DNA of 64,000 nt, from assembly GCA_000708835.1 (NCBI GenBank), contig DF237379.1:15213-79212 (forward strand). Reading direction: 5' to 3'. Positions 36,911-50,512 of the stretch are shown piece by piece. The position numbers were made by a program, and so were the translations under genes. Below the pieces are notes generated by a model. That model saw only the letters and a list, made by a program, of their open reading frames with translations, was not told the DNA's origin and searched no databases. This DNA is from Klebsormidium nitens. Taxonomy: Eukaryota > Plantae > Klebsormidiophyceae. Position 1 is the stretch's first letter. Each line of letters opens with the position of its first letter.

Positions 36911-37354
36911 AGTCGACTCCACAGGTCTCCAGACCCTGCCGACAATGCTGTGTCAGCAAGTGCAGTCCGCTAGAGATGCACATGACCAATTCAGAGCAAA
37001 GGAGGGGGTGTGAAGGAAGGTAGAATGCCCCCCCGCTTCAGAATTGTCTGCAACCGACACTGATACGTAAAGCAGATCTCACTTCGACGCGATATCTTTC
37101 GAATGCATGTTCCAGTCACAGTGACAGGGCTGTCGTCTACTGAAGCAAGAAGAAGCCTGCGCGTCGAATAACAAGCCTGTCGCTAGGAGCAAGCATCTCC
37201 GCAGAGCTCTGTGAAAGGGGTGGGTTGTGCGAGGGGATTCCTCATTCCAGCGACTTTCTGACGCGCATCTGACAAGCGTACGAGCCGCCTTCTAACGCGA
37301 GCGAAAGCAGGGAGTACAGCAAAGCAAAGCTAGCACAGGCAAGAAGCTGCAGCA

Positions 37355-40300
37355 ATGGCAGGAAAGGGAGAGGGTCCCGCTGTCGGGATCGATCTTGGCA
37401 CCACATACAGTTGTGTTGGTGTGTGGCAGCATGATCGTGTTGAGGTATGCAATTCCTCCACCATCTTTATCCGTTATGTTGTGTAGATCCTTCTGGAGGC
37501 TTGTATCAGTAGTGCTGTCAATAGATCTGCCATTTGATCAAAGATTCTCGGCAACTGGTAACGGATAGTATTGTTCTTCTATCTTTATCTGTCTTTGTCT
37601 TGACGCTTTGAGCTTTCACTGCTCATCTCTTTGCTGTTTGTCTTCCATCTGTGGTTGATTGTCTTATTGTGGATCAGTATATCTGACAATAGTTCTTTGG
37701 TTCTTTTGCAGATCATTGCCAACGACCAGGGAAACAGGACAACACCCTCCTATGTCGCCTTCACAGATACTGAGAGGTTGATTGGTGATGCCGCCAAGAA
37801 CCAGGTTGCCATGAACCCCACCAACACCGTGTTTGATGCCAAGCGGTTGATTGGCAGGAAGTTCTCTGATCCCTCTGTTCAGAGTGACATCAAGTTGTGG
37901 CCTTTTGAGGTTGTTCCTGGGGCCGCTGACAAGCCCATGATCAACGTCATGCACAAGGGGGAGAAGAAGCAGTTTGCTGCAGAAGAGGTGTCCTCCATGG
38001 TGTTGGTGAAGATGAAGGAGATTGCCGAGGCCTACCTGGGAAGCACAATCAAGAACGCCGTTGTTACAGTCCCCGCCTACTTCAATGATTCTCAAAGACA
38101 GGCCACGAAGGATGCAGGTAAGGGTGCTTCTCTTACTTGAATGGCAGCTACGCACAGATCTGCTTATTGCGGGTCAAGTGCTGCAACTCGCACTCTTCTT
38201 CAGCATGTTGGAGAACAACTACTTGCTTCCTGCTCTTGGCAGTTCCCTCCATCTTGATAAAGCGATTTTGTTCTGGCAAATGATTGAGTGATGCTTGTGA
38301 GCAAAGGGTTGACCAAGAGATTGTTGGTGCATACTTTTGAGCTCAGGTCAACATCTCTAGTTGTAATCTGAGGTGATATCATGTAACATGTAAGTTTTGC
38401 TGAGATCTATGTATCTTGTCTCCTCTCTGATGGACACCGCTGCTTGCTTAGTTATTCACAATCTCCAAATCGCTTTTGCAGGTGTCATCGCTGGTCTGAA
38501 CGTCATGCGTATCATCAACGAGCCGACGGCAGCCGCGATCGCCTATGGCTTGGACAAGAAGTCTACCAGCCAAGGAGAGAAGAACGTCATGATCTTTGAT
38601 TTGGGGGGTGGTACATTCGATGTGTCCCTGCTGACAATCGAGGAGGGTATCTTTGAGGTCAAGTCCACGTCAGGAGATACACATCTGGGAGGAGAGGATT
38701 TCGACAACAGGATGGTCAACCACTTTGTTCAGGAGTTCAAGAGGAAGTACAAGAAGGATATTAGTGGTAACGCCAGGGCTCTGAGGAGGCTGAGGACGTC
38801 ATGCGAGCGCGCTAAGCGGACCCTGTCTTCTACAGCTCAGACCACCATCGAAATCGACTCACTGTTCGAGGGGATTGACTTCTACTCAACCATTACCAGG
38901 GCCAGATTCGAGGAGTTGAACATGGACATGTTCAGGTACGTCTCCTGTTGAGCTGACTTAGGGTTGTTCAGTACGTTCCCAAATTCCTTTCCTAGCAGGT
39001 TTTACAGTTGCTGAATACTCTGCAGTTTGAATGTTTGAAAGCTTCGCCTTGTACACTGTTTAGATCTGTTGTTGTTTTCTGCTTGTGTTGTGTCGATATT
39101 GTCTGGCTGATTGCAAGCCCGTAGTTCTTGTGGTGAAAGTGCTTTTTCTGAGAAAGTCTCCCTGTCCTGGGAAAGTTCTATCTGGTGGTAATTTTGGTTC
39201 GGATGGTGGTCCGGTTCAATCTGTTTCATGTAGTGTGCATGGCTTACAAGTTGCCTTCTTTGCCGCTAGTTTGTACTTTTTTACATGTTATTGATGTTAT
39301 TTGAGGTGACTGCTTCTATTTGTGATTGTGCTTTAAGTGCAATGTGACGAGTTCCCAATTCTGACCAACCTACTTTCTTTCTCCAGGAAGTGCATGGACC
39401 CCGTCGAGAAGTGCTTGAGGGACGCCAAGATGGACAAGGCCCAGGTGCACGAGGTCGTCCTGGTCGGTGGCTCCACCCGTATCCCCAAGGTCCAGCAGCT
39501 GCTCCAGGACTTCTTCAATGGCAAGGAGCTGTGCAAGAGCATCAACCCCGACGAGGCTGTTGCCTACGGTGCTGCCGTCCAGGCCGCTATCCTCAGCGGT
39601 GAGGGCAATGAGAAGGTGCAGGACCTGCTGCTCCTCGACGTCACCCCCTTGTCCCTGGGTCTGGAGACCGCTGGCGGTGTCATGACCGTCCTGATCCCCA
39701 GGAACACCACCATCCCCACCAAGAAGGAGCAGGTCTTCTCCACCTACTCTGACAACCAGCCCGGCGTGCTCATTCAGGTATGGCACTTTGTCCTTATTCG
39801 TAAACCGTGGATCTTAGAAGCTGCAGGAAGGGTGCCAGTTCATTGTTGGGGAGGCTTACTCAGATGTCAGGGCTGCTTGCCCTGTTGTTGGTATCTTCTG
39901 GGATTGGGTTCTGCTTATGCAGCTATTAGGGTTTTGAGATGACCCTTCACCTTGGCCGCTATTGTGGTTTCATAGGACTTGTTCTCTGCTGTGTTTTGGC
40001 CTGTTGATTCTTAAGAAGAGTCCTGTAATAGGCAACTCAGCTGGTGGCATAAGTAGCTGGTGGTGATTTTGATAGCCATGACTGACCTTCTGACCTTTTG
40101 ATAAATCTTGCAGGTCTATGAGGGTGAGAGGTCAAGGACAAGGGACAACAACCTCCTGGGCAAGTTCGAGCTTTCTGGCATCCCCCCCGCTCCCCGTGGT
40201 GTGCCCCAGATCAACGTCTGCTTCGATATTGATGGTGAGTGAACTTTTACTGTTGGCCAGATTTTCTGAGCTTGAGCTCACGCGTGGACAGGGGTTGGTT

Positions 40301-41757
40301 GTCGAGCTCGTGTTATATGCTTTTGAGTTCCTTTTGAGGTTTGATGCTTTGTCTTTCTCTAGGTTGTGGTCAATGAAGCTTCGGATTAGATTACTGACCA
40401 GACATAGTCTCTGTCTTAGTTTGGGTTGAGCTTGGTTCTCAAACTTTCCCTTCTGTCATGCAGCCAATGGTATCCTGAACGTGTCTGCTGAGGACAAGAC
40501 GACCGGACAGAAGAACAAGATCACCATCACCAATGACAAGGGCAGGCTGAGCAAGGAGGAGATTGAGAAGATGGTCCAGGACGCTGAGAAGTACAAGGCA
40601 GAGGATGAGGAGCACAAGAAGAAGGTAAGTGACCACTTCGGGTCTCCGTTCCCACTTGTTCTTTTGCCCATTTGCTGGAGCTCGTACATGGCAATATACA
40701 TGGGCAAAGGGCAGGGAACGGAAGGCCCTGTATGTGTATACGTTGTACTGGGGGCACTGGTTTTGCTGTCAGGTACTCCGTTGCAGGAAGTTTCTTTTGA
40801 TGTTATCAGATGGCTGGTCCAGCTGGTGGTTGGGGGGGAGACTATGCAGACTGGTCAGATGCTTAGGTGAGCGGAGTTCTACTTGATGTGAGTTCCTGGT
40901 TATTTTTGTCTTGTGAAAGTGAAAGCTTACCCGTTTTGTCTTCTTGGACACAGGTTGAGCACAAGAATGCCCTTGAGAACTATGCCTACAACATGAGGAA
41001 CACCATCAAGGACGACAAGATTGCCGGCAAGATCGACGCCGCCGACAAGGAGAAGATCGAGACGGCTGTCGATGGTGTCATCGAGTGGCTCGACCATGTA
41101 AGTGCACTTGTCATGTCGCTATTCTTTAGCAAGTGTGTTTGTTCTTTGTTTGAAGTTGCCTTTGAAGACACCTCGCTATCTTGTGCTGACACAGGCGGGA
41201 GTCTTGTGTTTCGCCTTTGAATTTCGGATCTTGCACGAGATGTCTTTTGGAGTGCACTAGGCACCCTGAACGAGGGCTGTAGGATTTTTCACTGTCTAAT
41301 TCCCGACGTGGGAGTTTGCTCGAGAGTTGAGGTTTTCTGTCTTATGTATAAGCCAGAAACTTGTCTGTTTGCATGTTTGGAGGTGTACCTACCTTGGCTC
41401 GAAGGGTGTTTGATTGTGTGTGATCAGAGTGTTAATCTTTTCTCTCCCCTGAGATATTGGCCGAAAATCTGCTTGTTTGGCGATGTACTTGAGTTCAGAA
41501 ACGTGTTTCTTTGTTTTCTGATCAATGTATTGATCTAGTTCTTGTTTTTTGACATCCTGCAGAACCAACTGGCGGAGGCTGACGAGTTCGAGGACAAGAT
41601 GAAGGAGCTCGAGGGCATCTGCAACCCCATCATCTCCAAGATGTACCAGGGTGGCGGTGCTGCCCCTGGCGGAGGTGCTGAGTACGATGATGGTGCTGAT
41701 GCTGGCGCCCATGCCGGCTCCACTGGTCCTGGCCCCAAGATCGAGGAGGTCGACTAG
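37355..41757 (+). CDS. HSP70: Cytosolic heat shock protein 70; 8 exons
   Basis: Exons approximately 37355-37444, 37711-38117, 38482-38935, 39388-39777, 40114-40214, 40464-40624, 40954-41097 and 41563-41757. Motifs [49 protein letters not shown], and C-terminal GPKIEEVD. Confidence 0.98.
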
Positions 41758-42838
41758 ATTCGCTGTTAGACGCAGACTGTAGTGTTTGGGTAGAGTCATG
41801 AGTATGGACTGATTGCAAGAACGTAATAAGCGCGCGCACAGTGACAGCTTTTGCACTGTACGGACAGTTGCCTGGCCCCATAGTAATTGTTGCAATCCAC
41901 AGTCGCAAGGTGTTGTGACCGTCCACCTCTTCATGTGATTGTTGCTTGTCTAGGTCCGGAACTTCGTTGGGATACGATTCATGTGCATGCGATGGGATTC
42001 CGCCCCATTCGGTTGTGCGCAGCTGAAAAGCATTTTTAGCTGCCGCATTGAATTGCCCTTGCCGTTAGAGTTGTTCTAGAGATCATGGAATGCCGGGTAT
42101 TCTTAATGTAGTTCTCGAATGCAGTGAAGCTTTTCAAAAAGCTTCAACCGTTTCAGAACTGCATGATACTGCTTGAATAATTGCCAATGCATCAGGACAG
42201 GTGTAGCATACTTGATGTAGATTCATGCAAGAAAGTGTATTCGAGCCTGGAACTTAGCATATGTTGCTGACTGTGGATCTGGTAATCGTTGCATCTACAA
42301 CGTTTCAGCTTCAGTATAGTACTGGTGTACATCATGAGCTGAAACAATTAGTGTGAGGGTGTGCGGCAACTCAAACGTCTGGCAAGTTCAAGTGGGCGTA
42401 GGGCATGCATGGACACCCCAAGGCCACCGACGGCGATGGGGCCCCGAAATAGCCGAACTTGCAATCGGGTCCGTTGAAAAAGGACTCAGATGCACGGAGT
42501 AGGCATTTCCGGAGCTTTGAAATCGGACGCCCACTTTAAGAGCAATCTTTCCTGTAGACTACCCCGGTACTCAGTCTGGGTGTGTGCCCGGGCTTCATTT
42601 TTTGAGCACGGACCTCCTGTTTACATCATCAGGTACCAAGCTAGTCTGTCTTTTGAAGTGGCAGACACTTCGCTTGCTAGAGAAGCACATCCTTGTAAAC
42701 TGTTCGATTGCACCATTCATCGACTACCCAAGCGTGTCCCCTGTTCCCCGAGCATGTTCCCGGTGAGGAAACGTCAAACATGCAGTGGCTAATTCTACGT
42801 CACTACAATAATGTACAGTCCTAACTGAAAATCGAAAC

Positions 42839-45027
42839 TCAAGTAGGCCCATCAGGCGGCCCCCTGCCATCCACGAATGGTGCATCAGGCAACACGGGCC
42901 CTCTCCGTCGCTGCACTGCGTCCGGCAACTTTGGCGCTGGCACACTAGCGCCGTCCTTTGACCCCACAACATCCGGCTGCATGTCTTCAAAGCTCAGATC
43001 GAACGACCGAATCTGCTCGCCGTCACTGTCAAAGTAAAACTCCTTGTTCTCGTACTCGGTCTGGATGTCGAACTCGGGCTTCACCCGCCGGACCGGCACG
43101 CTGACGCTGTAGATGGTCCCCAGATTGGGATCCGTCGTGATGTTCAGGTCCACCTTGTCCTCCTGCAAACAGAGGCGAAAGTCGTATAAGCCATTTGGAA
43201 AAAGGGCGTCCGCTATGAAAGGCAGTGGCATCAGAGTCTTGAAAGTGGCAACAAGCACACGATTGTGTTCAGAACGTCAACGGACGGTATCAAGACCGTG
43301 ATCCCTGCCTTCAGCTAGCGGCCAAGAATGACGAGTTCCACTCTCTCTGGTCGCCGGTACATCACAAACTCGAGTATGCCCTCATCTATCATTTGCCAAA
43401 GGCACAAGTCAAGACCCGCCCTCAGTCGGAATGGCAAACAGGCTGGACCACAGTTTCATGATGACGCACCAGGTGGCAAATCGTACTCAACCTGATAAGT
43501 CAGTTCGTGTTTTGCGTGCTGACCATCGACCTCTAAAGCGTACGGACCCATTTGCAAATATGCAACTCGTAAAGGTAACTTCAGCCTGTTGACATTTGAC
43601 TGCCCTCTGACCACCCTCTAAAGACGCATGACTATGGTTTAAACAGTTCTCTTATTCCGGCTTCTGGAAGAGATCCGGGGCTTCAAAGGGCCCAAAAGGC
43701 CCCTGAGAAACCAGCTGAGTATCTTTAACTGCAAAGATCAGCCACGTTTCGAACGTACTGGCGCAGTGCACCATGCATTTCCTAACCAGATTCAAAACTA
43801 GGGGGGGGAGGAAACGACTGCTACCCAACCCTCGATGCACAAGTTGCGCACTAGCTGGGCTCTCAGCTGTCAATGCCCATAGCCTCTGACAATTGCCCAA
43901 CAAGCCCCTTTTCATTTGAAGAGTTCTTGCTCATACAAACAGGCCAAGCACGGTCTTCTCGACGAAGGACAGCCTGTTAGTGACTACGAATCTAAATAAA
44001 TGTGGCCAGCTTTTCACCTGCTCAATCTCCACAAAGTTGGACAGCGACTCCACGATCGCCTTCTTGATCTGCGACACCGACGTGGGCGACACGCTGCAGC
44101 GGTCGGCCACCAGAATCATTCGCAGCCGCTGCTTTGCGCGCTGCCGCGGGGCCTCCTGGACCTGCACAAGCGTGAAATGTCTCTTTTGTCGGCTTTTGTG
44201 GAAGTTGAATCCTTCAATTGTTGATTTTTTAAGTTATGGACTTGTGAGAGAAGACCGCTCAAAGCTGGACATTTGATGGTGCCGACGTGGCATTTTCTGG
44301 ATGTGCTCTCACCCCAACCCGTGCGACAGCAACTTGCTGAAATCGGTGACTGAAGTGAACCAGAAAGAGATGCTTTAGGGTCGTACATCCTGGCAGCCTG
44401 ACCGCCTGGATTGCATCCATGCTTCTGGACGGGATTGTGAAAAAGCCAACATAAGTCACAGTGCACAGGAATCCTCCCTCAGCATTTCTTAAGTTCGTTA
44501 CAGACTTGAGAGCAGATCATAAGGTATTCCACCAAAGGAGCCAGCTTCGGAAAGACCAAGACAAGGTGACTGCACAGAGAAGCTGCAGCAAACCGTTGGC
44601 GAGCCCAGTACCATGCAGAACCAAGCCCACAGCCGGCTCAAACAAGCTGGCTCTATGCAAGGATTGTCACAATGAAGCACAGATGGAAGTAGTCCAGAGT
44701 ACAAACCTGGGCTGGGGGGAAGAAGATCTCAAACGCCGCAACTAGCTTCTCCCAGAAGGACCTAGGGGGCCGGTCCTCCTCTAGCGCCGCTTCCGCGACC
44801 TCAGGCTTGGGCTTTGCAGCCTTGCGCCCAGTGCTGGCCTGTGCTGGGGAATGCTTTCCGGAGACAGAGTGTGGGGGTTCGGGGTTTCTGGGGAAGTGCA
44901 GACACTTGAGGCCGGAGTGTGTGGCGAAATGGATCCTCAGAGGATGCCGGAGGGAGGGCAACCCATCCTGCAAATAGGCGGCGGAAGAGTTAGCGGTGCA
45001 GACTGGAAGTACGTAAGTGGCATACAT
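42839..45027 (-). CDS. MINE1: Plastid division topological specificity factor MinE; 3 exons
   Basis: Exons 45027-44707, 44161-44018 and 43162-42839: a transit-peptide-like N-terminus, FWEKL..AFEIFFP, AKQRLRMILVADRC, IKKAIVESLSNFVEIE, KVDLNITTDPNLGTIYSVSVPVRRVKPEF. Confidence 0.92.
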
Positions 45028-46718
45028 GGCGAGTTGTCTTGACTTGAAGCAACTTAGCAAGGCCTAGGGCGACGTCATATTCTGGTAGATAAATGACTGC
45101 AGGGACTCGGGTGGCACACTGGAACACGGCCCTACTTTGCTCAAGAAGATTCCTCACTGGAGTTCGTCATAGTGATGTATATTGAGGGTGAAATGTGTTG
45201 CGTCCAAGCAACAAGAAAGGCACCGCAAAAGAGGAAAGTCATCAAGCTGATGAGTCCTGGTCAGCAGAGCGTTCGCGCCTCACTATTGCTGACGCAGGCT
45301 GATTGGTAAATACAAATTCCTTCAAGCAGATCAGTTAAAACCGGCTTCATTGGTAAACCCAAATGCAAGTGGCAGTTCTCCTAGGAGCTCGAAAATAACC
45401 AGCGGAAGCAAGACCTGCCAAGGAGGATTGCAAACTAGGGGAGATCAGAAGTTAACCTTGCAATCTGTTCATTTGTTGGTGCGCAAAGGCCGACAAGGAC
45501 CAGCGCTCAGAACCCGGGGGGGACTACATATTTTCCTCTGAGCATCCTGAAAGGCCTTTCCCAAAACTGAAAGCAATGAATGCACAGGCGAATCCTTGCT
45601 CCCCACTTACCAACAGCAACATGTTACCGCGTCATATTCAAGCGTCCAAAAGTCTCCTCCATCAGAATGTGGGACCACAGAGGATGAATTTGGGATTGCT
45701 GAGGATTTCATGAAATGACAAAGAGGTATTACCAGGGAGGGACCTTCCTTCAAGGCTGCAAGTAACAAGCTCGAAGCAGGTTGCTCAGCACTTACCGGCT
45801 TGTCGGTTCTTGCTTGTGTGCCATGCACCCGGTTGCTGCAGGAAGCAAGCCCCCCCCGGGCACAGGTACTTGCTGACATGTCAACGCTTCACACTTCCGA
45901 CTTTGCAAGCTGACTTTGGATACTACAAAGAAGTTTTCTCTCAGGTTGGCATAGGCCTTTCCACTCTCTACTGGGCTTAAGGAATTTCTGCAAAGTCCGA
46001 AAATCGCGAGTCGCTACTTGTCGAAGGGGTCTAATCCAAATCTGGGCACCCTTGGTTAATACACCTAAAAACGTCCTCTTTGATCAGCCCCTTTCAAATG
46101 CGCATAGCTCTTGGCCCGGCTTGCTCTTTCAGGCATTCTTGCTTCTCGATCACCTTTCTGATGGAGACAGCTGCAGTGCACAAATCTTCCGAAGCAACTG
46201 CCAGAGGACAGAGCGCGTTCTCGCCTTCTCTGCAAAGAAGCCACATTGAACTTGAAGACTGTTCAAATTCCAACATCCCCGCGCAAGCAAGTTCCTTTTC
46301 AACGGAAACTCGACACTAAACTTAGTTCCGAAGTCCCTGGCGGAGCAGCGGAGCAGCGGAGCAGGCGAGCACCTCTGTGCTAACAACAGATCTCCTCCTG
46401 ACTGCAATTCTTTGTTCCGCTGAAACCAAACTTTGACCAAACGGAAACAGCTGGTGTCAAGCCACCTCTTCAAAAGGAAGGGCCCGAGGCTGAGCAACTC
46501 AGCAAGCTAGCGCATAGCCTTTAGCTGAGCAACCCAACGAGTACGGAACAAAAGAAGCAAACAACAAAAGCCTGCATGATGTGAAGGCGTTGTGAGACGC
46601 CTCCTGTTTCCCCTACCTTCAAAACTTACCAAATAGCCAGCAGCCAAATACAGGTACAACTTCTGATACAGCCCCGCTTGTCATCAGTTCTGACGTGGAG
46701 CATTAGCACGACAAGAAA

Positions 46719-48996
46719 ATGGCCACCACTAGTAGAAGGGACAACCCCCGGCGGCCGGGCCCAGGGGCCGGCAAGGGTCCCCAGGGTTTACCAAACCCGT
46801 TCAACCGGGGTTTTCAAAACCCTTTCAACCGGGGAAACAACGAGGGGGGAGGCAGGCTGCGAGCGAGCAGGAATGCCGTGAGGCAAGCGCTGCTCCGGGA
46901 AGGCAGGAGGAAAGGGGCGCTGGGGGCTGACGTGAGAGCAGTGGACGGCCAAGCGGACAGCGACTGGGGCGCCATGTTTGAGTTTGACCCGGACCTTGTA
47001 GCTGCTTTTGACAAGAACATGAGAGTGAGTTCTCGTATGCAGACGAGTCTGTTGCGCAAGCGCTGTGCAAAGTGCAATGCCACACTGCTGGATACGGATG
47101 AATGGAAGTGCGGCGGCGCTGCTGGAGAACCGGTGGTGCTGTCCAACTTGGTGGTGTTGTTTTGCGGGAGCCCGGTTTGAGGAGCAAAATTGTAGAGCTG
47201 GTCGCGCACTGGAGAATGAGTGCTTAGACACATGGTTTTCAATCTCGTTTTCTGCAAACAATCAGGTCTGGACGCTAGTTACCCGATGTGCTGTCAGCCT
47301 CAGTGGTGGGAGATGCATCATTGTTTCCTCCGCATCGCACAGTTTCTTCCCCTTGATTTTGGCCAGAACACAAAACCGTGTTTTGGGGATGGGTTTTGGC
47401 AACCCGCACGCCCCATCATGGCCCCTTACAGACGGCGATTCCCTGTTTGTCCCATCGATTGGCAAGTAACTGTCGTACACATTGAATGTATGGGACTTTT
47501 CAAGTCTCTGCCGAGTGACCAGCGGATATTTCATTGTCCTACACGCGCTGGTGCTGTTTATTTTGGAAGTATCCTTGTTCATTCACTCTCCCAAGCCTTG
47601 TTTATTAGTTCCTCCAGCACATGATATATTAAAGCCTTTTGCCTCCATTTCAGTTCTTCAAGCACATGTTCAGCGTTGACAACGTCCTGGCACCTCTGCC
47701 TACCCCCCTCCGACGGAGCCTCTCTCGTAACTTCGGCCTTTTCACGAGGGTCTTCACTCAGTTCGTAGGTAAGTCCCACTACTTCGTACACGTCTAAGAA
47801 GATGCATCTCAAGTTTTGAGTCTGTTATGCTTCAAAGCAGAGAGGGTGGAGAGCAGTAGCCTTTGCCCCGTTCCCTCAAGACAGTAGCTCCGGCAAGCGC
47901 CCACTACTTTACATCCAAGATTCTGAAGACAATGACTTTAATCTCGTATGTAAGACAGAGTGTACCGGTTTGATTTCTATTATGCACTGGTTCGCTTAGC
48001 TTGAGTCTCTGGCGGCATCAGCGCCGCCACAAAATTGTTTGCGGTGGCATTCTCATAACACACCCAGCGACCCTGATCAATCCCACCGAAAGTTGGATTC
48101 AAAAACGATGAGCAGGCCATCCAGTATCGGTACAGCGACCTGTTTATCGGATACCTAGTGGAACTCTCTGCTCGACACTCGACGGATTAGCTGTTAGCGA
48201 GGTTTATTCCATTATGAGAACTGGCTGCGGGAAGAGGATGACCGTTGTATCAGGTCTGGTCTTTCAGAAAGCTTTTACTGGGCTAGAAGGGACTTTGAAT
48301 CTTCTGACGACCGAAATGCACCTTTGACTTGTTAGACTCAGCGTGGGGCTTTGCAAGAGGAAATCAGACGTTGCTATAAACTCTGCCAAACGCATTTGGT
48401 TCTGATGACGGTAGTTAGTGAGGACTCCGCATCACGATTGAAGCTTTGGAGAACTTGACTATGACCTTGACTGAAAGTCTCGGTGACAAATTTCTTTCAT
48501 CCTCATTATCCTTTGGTGGTTGAGAGTGGTCTCGTCTGCTTTTCGCTAACACCTGAACCCGACCTCTACGTACTTTGGGCGTACTGATTTGGAACTCTCC
48601 CGGGGTCTGCCCGCGTTCGTTTTATCTGGTCACGTCTGATGGCGACAACACCATGTTGAAATATAGTCATCGTTAGCCTGGTTATCAAGACCCGAGTCGT
48701 CTTGAGACTCAAAAAGCATCAGCAGGCTTACCAACGGGTCCGACTCGGTGCTTTCTCGGACAGGTTTGACGAGCACCCGTTCGAGTTTAACGACCATTCT
48801 CTTGCCTCGTGCTACAGACAGAAGGGAAACACGGAACCTCCGGGCATCGATCCCGGGGCTTGCGCAACTGCAAGAGATTGCGGACGAAACGGAACATGAG
48901 CGGATGCAGGAGTTCCGCAAGAAGCACCTCGACGCCATGGCCAAGGCGAAAGCCGAAGCGGACAAAAACAGGAAGAAAGCTGCAGCCGCAAAGTAA
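46719..48996 (+). CDS. Uncharacterised protein, about 200 aa; 3 exons
   Basis: Exons 46719-47024, 47654-47768 and 48818-48996 splice in frame: ...MFEFDPDLVAAFDKNMR|FFKHMFSVDNVLAPLPTPLRRSLSRNFGLFTRVFTQFV|DRRETRNL...KAAAAK*. The splice sites are canonical and the function is unknown. Confidence 0.65.
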
Positions 48997-50512
48997 GGTT
49001 GTGAGAAGATTGTGGTAGGGCAAATCTTAACGTCCTTGTTGGGGTTCGCTCCGAGGCGGAACCGAGTCCGTAGGGAAGCGGATGAAAGCGAAGCGAACCA
49101 GGTATATTATTTCGAACGAGCTTGCGTGGGGTGGAAGAGTATGGTTAATAACGGTAGCGATTGGGTTGGTTGACATGTGGCAGTTCGAGCGTTTGCGCTC
49201 AGTGGGGCAAAAAGCACAAAAGGGCATATTGAAGTGGCGTGCGCATAATGATGATTGTTGGTTCCGCCAAGGGCTCACGCAGTCCTTAGTTCAGGGACAC
49301 AGTTCGACAGCTCAGTTTGCTGTTTTTCAAGGCCCAGTCATGATGGCAACTTCAGTGCATTTGTTTAATGACATTGTTTAGCCTTTATTGTGCAAATCTG
49401 GGCGGCTGCATCCGTGTCCGATCCATGGAAGCATGCTTCATGAGGGTCATTGAGTGGTTGACTTGACGGCCCGGTGTATGCGAACTTAGTGCGTGCAGAA
49501 TTTTCTATAATATATGCCAGCTAACATCATAGAAGATCGACGGATCGATTGACCGTCCGACGCTACTGAAAGATACCTCGGAATGATCCCGGACCGAGGG
49601 CTTTCGATCAGTCATTGGCCACCCAAAAGAACATGAACCGCGGGTCGTTCTGCAGCAATCGGTCGCTTAGCTTGAAAGGCGGCCTCTATGTCAGATATGC
49701 ACATATGAGAATAGCAGAAAATTCATCCGACGATGCTTGACCGGTGCGCATGTGCCAAGCTGATAAGTCGGGCTCTACTAGCGGGCCTAATCTAGACTTA
49801 TCTTAGAGACAGTATACACCGTGCTTTCAAAGCATCGTGTTCGTATTATAGCAGTTTCAAGCATGCCATGATGCAGTTCTGCAACCGCCGCCGGCGGCCT
49901 GGGCGCACGTTGAGGACAACGCGCCGGGCCAGCTACTATTGGTTTCACTATACATCATTGTCACGATTTACATTGCGGGCCTAGCTGCATAGGACAAGTC
50001 AGAGTGGCCTTACTAGGTCAGCCGTGACGGTCAAATGATAAATCAGTTCACGCGGTCCGGGTTACGTCTCAGGTGAAGCATCACGTCAGCAAGCTTTGCG
50101 ATCGCGTATACACTGATAATAGAGCACCAACGTGGGTAAAATCTGCGGCATGCACAGCACACGCGCTTCGGAAGCGTCGATCAATCAGTCCGCCGGCCGA
50201 ACTTTTGATGAAGAGCGATCCGATAGCGATGCATGGATGGGACGTTCACAGACTCCAGATCAGGGGCTTCTCCTGTTTCTGTCGTCTCGCTGCAGCCTCC
50301 GATTCAAGTTGAGTCGGGAAGGAAGAGCAACCGTGATTGGACAAATTGAGCCGACATTTATAAGCTGGAGCAGACTCAGGTGTTGCTGAAGTGCCCATCC
50401 AAGGGCGCAAGGGTCTCTTTCCGCACCAGGATGAGTTGCTCGTGCGAACCGGACCATTCTTTTGTGGGGCGCGCCGCATGACATATCCGTCAACGTCCAG
50501 CAATTGCCGGCG

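Noticed and set aside
37664-39786. Long antisense ORFs over HSP70 (37664-38155, 39370-39786)
   Set aside because: Well-known antisense shadow of HSP70 codon bias; no independent gene signal
45350-46500. Several short ORFs between MinE and the next gene
   Set aside because: No consistent splice path or motif; probably promoter/UTR sequence
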